This document shows positions 59,373-64,000 of a stretch of 64,000 bases of DNA, in pieces. The stretch covers positions 164,742-228,741 of the forward strand of contig CAZAFA010000001.1 of assembly GCA_964484655.1 (NCBI GenBank), written 5' to 3'. The DNA is from an uncultured Candidatus Saccharibacteria bacterium (GTDB lineage Bacteria; Patescibacteriota; Minisyncoccia; UBA6257; 2-01-FULL-56-20). Both the position numbers and the translations under genes were made by a program. A model generated the notes under the pieces. It ran no database searches, was not told the origin of the DNA, and was given only the letters and a program-made list of their open reading frames with translations. The first letter of the stretch is position 1; every line of letters starts with the position of its first letter.

Positions 59373-59792
59373 TCAGTGCAGGCGCTCCCCCGGCGGTACC
59401 GGGCGGGTGGGCGCGAGGAGCGCCAGGCCGCCGTCGCCGTCCGCGGCGAGGATCATGGCGCGGCTCTCGAGGCCCATGATCGGACGCGGCGGCAAGTTCG
59501 CGACGAAGGCGAACTGGCGTCCGGGCAGGCCGAGGGGGTCAACATGCTTGGCGATGCCCGAGACCACCTGGCGCGGCTCGTCTTCGCCGAAGTCGACCGT
59601 GAGCCGCAGGAGCTTCTCCGAACCCTCGACCGGCTCGGCGCTGACGACCGTGCCCACGCGCAGCTCGACGGACGCGAACGTGTCGAACGGGACGGTCGCC
59701 AGGGCCGGCTCCGCGGGCACGGCCTTCTCGGTGACGACGTTCTCCTTCTCGGCCGTGTCACCGAGAAACGGCAGGCGCTGGAATATGCTCAT
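59373..59792 (-). CDS. Stand-alone tRNA-binding OB-fold protein (Trbp111/CsaA/MetRS C-terminal-like)
   Basis: LRVG.V, KLL.L.VDFG, RQVVSGI, NL.PR...G.ES..MILA. Confidence 0.85.
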   Translation of the reverse strand: MSIFQRLPFLGDTAEKENVVTEKAVPAEPALATVPFDTFASVELRVGTVVSAEPVEGSEKLLRLTVDFGEDEPRQVVSGIAKHVDPLGLPGRQFAFVANLPPRPIMGLESRAMILAADGDGGLALLAPTRPVPPGERLH

Positions 59793-59860
59793 GGGCGAAT
59801 GAAACTAGCCTTTACCGCGATTGTCCACCCGGGGCGGCGCGTGCGATACTCTGCGCGTCT

Positions 59861-59931
59861 TGCGGGATCGTCTAATGGTAGGACACCGGCCTTTGGAGCC
59901 GAGAATCTAGGTTCGAGCCCTAGTCCCGCAA
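59861..59931 (+). tRNA. tRNA-Gln(TTG), CCA not encoded
   Basis: TGCGGGA/TCCCGCA acceptor with U1-A72, CTTTGGA anticodon loop, CTAGG-TTCGAGC-CCTAG T-arm. Confidence 0.93.
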
Positions 59932-59997
59932 CACTATAGACATTTGGAAGTAAATCCTTATAAGTATTCATAGACTCCGATTGAAAACGAGGTTTCT

Positions 59998-60612
59998 ATG
60001 AACAACTGTCCCGAAGACAGCGCGCTAGCCGCTCGAGGCTATGATGCGCTCTATCATCTTGACCGATTCGCGTTTCCTGACGGCCCTCGCCCGGAAATCC
60101 GTTGGCGATACCGCATCGGCGAGAAGCCGCACCTCATGTTCGCTCTCAGGCTCAACGAGGAAAGCGGCGAGATTAGCCGCGAACGCTACCTGCTCCCCGC
60201 TCGCAACCTTGTGCGACGACTCGATAAGGAGCTCCGCGCCATGCCTTCGCCGTACGACGCTCGCTACCGGACCGTGCTCCTGACCAGCCTTGCTGCGCAC
60301 GAGGTCCGTCATCGTCTCCAATACCATGCGCGCGTCGAGCGCTTTACGCCTGAGAACCTTCCGGACTATAGGGCGACAACCGAAGTCGTCATGGGCCGGC
60401 TCCCCCAGCTCCTCGCCGACATGTCTGCCGTGATTTCCAGCCTCGACGGGAGCATGGACAACGAATTCGACGCGGTAATGTGCCAGGCATTCACGTACGC
60501 CTACCTCAAACCGTTTGTCGGCATGGATTTTGAGACCGTGATCCTCCCGCGCGCCTGCGAAATCCTACTGCAGGACCCGAGCACCATTGCTTCTCTGGTG
60601 CCGCCCCCATAG
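59998..60612 (+). CDS. Hypothetical protein with HExxH zincin-like motif
   Basis: AAHEVRHRLQ with downstream E.DA; lower GC than flanks; follows tRNA-Gln. Confidence 0.65.
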   Translation: MNNCPEDSALAARGYDALYHLDRFAFPDGPRPEIRWRYRIGEKPHLMFALRLNEESGEISRERYLLPARNLVRRLDKELRAMPSPYDARYRTVLLTSLAAHEVRHRLQYHARVERFTPENLPDYRATTEVVMGRLPQLLADMSAVISSLDGSMDNEFDAVMCQAFTYAYLKPFVGMDFETVILPRACEILLQDPSTIASLVPPP

Positions 60613-60615
60613 CTC

Positions 60616-60638
60616 GAAAGCCCGCTCTGCGGGCTTTC
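60616..60638. terminator. Bidirectional intrinsic terminator
   Basis: GAAAGCCCGC-TCT-GCGGGCTTTC. Confidence 0.75.
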
Positions 60639-60653
60639 TTTATGTCGTCGCGG

Positions 60654-62033
60654 CTAAACGAACAGCGACACCAGCGTCGCCGCGGCCACGACCGTCATCA
60701 GCGCGGTCACGAGCCAGCCCGCGCGCCTGATGCGCGCCGTGTTTGCATGCTCGCCCATCACCACCTCGCTGCTGCTCATCCGCACGATCAGGAACAGCAC
60801 GACCGGTGCGATCACGGCGTTCGCGATTGCCGAATAGATGAGCGCCTTGATCGGATCGAGGCCCACGAAGTTCAGGAGGATGCCCACGATCATCGCGATG
60901 ATGATGATCCCGTAGAAGGCGTAGGCGCCGCGAAGCTTCCGGTAAAGGCCGTGCTTCCAGCCGAAGCTCTCCGAGATCGCGTACGAGGCCGATCCGGCGA
61001 GCACCGGGATGGCGAGCATGCCGGTCCCAACGATGCCTACCGCGAAGAGGAAGAACGCGGCGTCGCCTGCGAACGGGCGCAGCGCCTCTGCGGCGTCGGC
61101 TGCCGACTCGATGCCTGTGATGCCGGAAGCGTAGAGCGTGCCCGCGCAGGCCGCGATGATGAAGAACATCACGACGTTCGAGAAGAACATGCCGGACCAG
61201 ACGTCGGTCTTCATGGCCTTGAGTTCAGCCTTCGCGGGCTCCTGCCGCCAGCCGACCTCCACGGGCTTCCCGCGCAGCTTGCTGTCCTCGACCTCCTGCG
61301 AGGTCTGCCAGAAGAACAGGTACGGCGAGATGGTCGTGCCGAGCACGGCACCTACGAGGTAGATTTGGTTCCAATCGAAATCTATGCTTGGCATCAGCGT
61401 CCCGCGCGCGACGTTCGCCCAGTCGAGACCGACGATCAGCGCGGAGAGGATGTAGGCGAGCAGCACGATCGCCAGGTACTTCAGGTACCGCGCGTACCGC
61501 GCGTACGTGGTGAATATCTGCAGCATGAGGCTGAGCAAGGCGAAGCCGATGACCAGCAGAGGCGCCGGGATGCCCGGGAGGAGCAGCCGCATGCCTTCCG
61601 CCATGGCGCCAAGGTCGGCGCCGATGTTGAAGGCGTTCGCGCCGAAGAGGAGCCCTGCGGTTAGGTACAGCACCCAGCGCGGATAGCGATGGCGGATGTT
61701 CGCTGCGAGCCCCCGACCCGTCACCAGGCCGATGCGCGCGCACATCTCCTGCACGACCGCCATGAGCGGGAATGTAAACCAGGAGAGCCAGAGGAACTGG
61801 AAGCCGTACTGGGCGCCAGCCTGCGAGTAGGTCGCGATGCCGGCGGGATCGTCGTCCGAGGCGCCCGTCGTGAGGCCAGGTCCGAGCGAGGACCAGTACT
61901 CCTCGGCGCGCCGGAACGGCCGCTTGGTGAACAGACGCCGCCCGACACGCCGCGAGCCGCTGAGGACGTCTGCGAGAATAACGGCAGGCTCGGCGACCAC
62001 GCGCTCGAGGCGGGTCCGGGGCTCTGAAGGCAT
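60654..62033 (-). CDS. NRAMP-related divalent metal transporter
   Basis: GPGLTTGASDDDPAGIATYSQAGA, GTTISPYLFFWQ; ~11 TMs. Confidence 0.88.
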   Translation of the reverse strand: MPSEPRTRLERVVAEPAVILADVLSGSRRVGRRLFTKRPFRRAEEYWSSLGPGLTTGASDDDPAGIATYSQAGAQYGFQFLWLSWFTFPLMAVVQEMCARIGLVTGRGLAANIRHRYPRWVLYLTAGLLFGANAFNIGADLGAMAEGMRLLLPGIPAPLLVIGFALLSLMLQIFTTYARYARYLKYLAIVLLAYILSALIVGLDWANVARGTLMPSIDFDWNQIYLVGAVLGTTISPYLFFWQTSQEVEDSKLRGKPVEVGWRQEPAKAELKAMKTDVWSGMFFSNVVMFFIIAACAGTLYASGITGIESAADAAEALRPFAGDAAFFLFAVGIVGTGMLAIPVLAGSASYAISESFGWKHGLYRKLRGAYAFYGIIIIAMIVGILLNFVGLDPIKALIYSAIANAVIAPVVLFLIVRMSSSEVVMGEHANTARIRRAGWLVTALMTVVAAATLVSLFV

Positions 62034-62113
62034 GCGGCAATGATACTGCCCCGGCCGCCCTTGATATAGTGCGCGGACTCGACCGCGAGCCTGGATGGAG
62101 GTATACCTAAGGC

Positions 62114-62320
62114 ATGATCTGCCCGTTCCCCTTCTCGGTACCGCTTCTCGAGCTCGTCCTGATCGCGCTGGCGCTCTGGCTCATACTAGCGGCCTTGCGC
62201 AAGCGGCATCCGCACAAGCCGCGCCACGAGGGCGCCCTCAGACTACTCGAGGAGCGCTACGTGAAAGGCGAGATAGACCGTGATGAATTCCATGCAAAGA
62301 AAGCGGATCTCTTGGACTGA
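62114..62320 (+). CDS. SHOCT-domain small membrane protein
   Basis: TM followed by AL.LLEERY.KGEIDRDEF. Confidence 0.8.
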   Translation: MICPFPFSVPLLELVLIALALWLILAALRKRHPHKPRHEGALRLLEERYVKGEIDRDEFHAKKADLLD

Positions 62321-62333
62321 GCTCAAGCGCGAG

Positions 62334-62543
62334 ATGAACGCCTCCCTGGACTCGTCCGACAAGCAGTGGTGCCTCGAGGAGGCCATCGACGTCGCGAAGG
62401 AGGCGGCACGCGGCGGCGCGACCGACCTGCCGGAGCTGCTCGAGGCGCTTTATGAGAAGCTCAAGGAGCTCGGCGAGGACGCCTGGGGCGAGGAGCCGCG
62501 ACGGAAGAGGTCCGGCGACGAAAAGCAGGAGGAGCTCGATTGA
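62334..62543 (+). CDS. Small acidic hypothetical protein
   Basis: ATG 13 nt after the SHOCT stop; helical composition. Confidence 0.55.
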   Translation: MNASLDSSDKQWCLEEAIDVAKEAARGGATDLPELLEALYEKLKELGEDAWGEEPRRKRSGDEKQEELD

Positions 62544-62574
62544 GCTCCTCCTTACGCTTCGTCGATAGCCGCCG

Positions 62575-63006
62575 CTAGGCGCGCTTCCGTCCGGCCTTCT
62601 TCGCAGCCGCCTTCTTCGCCACCTTCCTCTTCGGCGCCGCCTTGCGCGGGGCCTTCGGGGCGAACTGCTTCTTGATCCCGGTCCAGTATCCCTGGAGCTC
62701 CTTCACCATACCTGCGATCTCTGCCGAGCTCACGTCCTTGACGTTCGCGTACCGCTCCGCGGCGGCGTCGATGAGCGCGAAATAGGTCTCCTTGTCGATC
62801 TCCGGCAGCTTCTCGATCTGCTCGAGGATCTCCCCCTTCGCCTTCAGCATCCAGCCGCGGACCGCCTTGCGGCGCTTCGGCGCGTCCTTCCCGTAGAGGA
62901 AGTAGGCGCCGGCCGCCGCGGCGACGAGCGCCGCGCCGATGCCGGCGCCGACCGCGATCTGCGCGTTGCTGATTCCCTTCTGCTTGTTAGATGAGTTCTT
63001 TGCCAT
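62575..63006 (-). CDS. Membrane-anchored hypothetical protein with Lys/Ala-rich C-tail
   Basis: AAAAGAYFLYG TM, GWMLKAKGEILE..EKL, tail APRKAAPKRKVAKKAAAKK. Confidence 0.7.
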   Translation of the reverse strand: MAKNSSNKQKGISNAQIAVGAGIGAALVAAAAGAYFLYGKDAPKRRKAVRGWMLKAKGEILEQIEKLPEIDKETYFALIDAAAERYANVKDVSSAEIAGMVKELQGYWTGIKKQFAPKAPRKAAPKRKVAKKAAAKKAGRKRA

Positions 63007-63061
63007 GTGATGGTAGTGACGTTTGGTGCCCCGCAATCTTACTCCTCCATGCGGCTACGGG

Positions 63062-64000
63062 CTACGTCTGCGTCGGCGTGATGATGACCTCGTCCGGAAG
63101 CTCACGCACGCGCCTCTTGCGTCGCGTTATAGCGAACACTACTGCGGCGAGGCCCGCCACGAGTAGCCACGGGAACAGTTCGAGCAGCGTCTTCCAGAAC
63201 GTCTCCGAGCTCACCCGTATCGGCCCCATGGGATAGCTCAGGGCTCCACGCCGGTCCCGCGCGACCGCAGAGACATCCCACGTACCTAGCGCGAGCGGCG
63301 CGTACGCGAGCTGCCACGAGCCGTCAGGGGCGACCGGCACCACGACCTCGCGAACGGCATCCCCGGCCGGCGCGAAGCGGACGACCACCACGTCGGCGCG
63401 CTCGGCATAGCCGCGAACCAGCGGCACGAAGGCCCGATCCTGCTCCAGCAGCGAGGCCTGGCCGTCCGGGCGGGATATCACCTCGAGCGTCGGCGACGGG
63501 ATCGGCTCGATATGCACGATGACCCGCGCGTTGCGCCCGTTCCCCGCCGCGTCGACAGCAACGAGCGTAAGGTCGTTCGCGCCCGGAGGCAGCGCGGGCA
63601 GCAGGAACCGGCTCGCTGCGACGCCCGGGACGCGGAGCGAGCCGCCGTCCCAGCTGACCCTGAGATGATCAAAGCCGGAGCCGGCATCATTCGCGATGAC
63701 GCGCAGCTCGCGCCGCGGCTCGGTCGGGTCGGTTGGTCCGACCTGACTAATCTCAAGTGTCTCGGGTGGTAGCCGGTCGACGAGGATGCGACGCGTCTGG
63801 ACGCGGCCTGTCTGATCGCCCCGGAGAAAGCGGAGGTGAAAATAGTACTCGCCATCCTCAATAAAACTGCCGAGTGGCACTGTCACACCAGCGATGCGGC
63901 CGGCGGTTCCTGTGGCAGGCTGTCCGTCCTTCGCTCGGTCGAGTCCGTACTGGACGCCCGTCGCGTCGTCCGGCAATGCCCAGGCGAACCGGGCCTCCTC
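63062..64000 (-). CDS. Partial surface protein with Ig-like domains and C-terminal TM anchor (start outside window)
   Basis: DG.YYFHL, VD..PP, A.D..SG.DH, AVD.AGN strands; TM plus RRKRR. Confidence 0.7.
   Translation of the reverse strand, partial: EEARFAWALPDDATGVQYGLDRAKDGQPATGTAGRIAGVTVPLGSFIEDGEYYFHLRFLRGDQTGRVQTRRILVDRLPPETLEISQVGPTDPTEPRRELRVIANDAGSGFDHLRVSWDGGSLRVPGVAASRFLLPALPPGANDLTLVAVDAAGNGRNARVIVHIEPIPSPTLEVISRPDGQASLLEQDRAFVPLVRGYAERADVVVVRFAPAGDAVREVVVPVAPDGSWQLAYAPLALGTWDVSAVARDRRGALSYPMGPIRVSSETFWKTLLELFPWLLVAGLAAVVFAITRRKRRVRELPDEVIITPTQT

Overview
GC-rich, gene-dense bacterial chromosome segment using the standard code (TGA is a stop). Gene content and form suggest a Patescibacteria (CPR, probably Parcubacteria) genome; this is inference. 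The supporting signs are shortened housekeeping proteins (AlaRS, EF-Ts, UvrC, RecO, TruB), alpha2-type GlyRS, long ThyX, a type IV pilus/pseudopilin cluster, large Ig/DUF11-like surface proteins, and almost no biosynthetic genes. Recognisable genes include mscL, an ABC-F ATPase, a DEAD-box helicase, bcp, uvrA/B/C, pilB/pilC and pilins, a two-component cluster, cls, an M23 peptidase, rseP, frr, holB, mreB, an S9 peptidase, glyQS, recO, tmk, thyX, alaS, rpoD, dnaG, tsf, rpsB, mnmA, efp, rsmE, truB, dus, pyk, xseAB, tgt, an FKBP and an NRAMP transporter, plus tRNA-Tyr(GTA) and tRNA-Gln(TTG). The best novelty candidate is an unannotated ~370-nt highly structured RNA gene at ~50899-51267. It has its own sigma70 promoter and terminator, a closing helix, ~12 hairpins and an internal 7-bp stem followed by ACCA, and it matches no RNA family I can recognise by eye. 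Also notable: pervasive leaderless architecture in core genes (TAnnnT 6-7 nt before the start codon) versus Shine-Dalgarno-bearing single-gene accessory units, an EF-P with an MQQRK tip, a probable queuine-salvage TGT, a histone-H1-like RpoD N-terminus, and a shared 11-mer upstream of thyX and tmk. No CRISPR array, integrase or transposase was seen. No database searches or folding programs were run; everything comes from reading the sequence.
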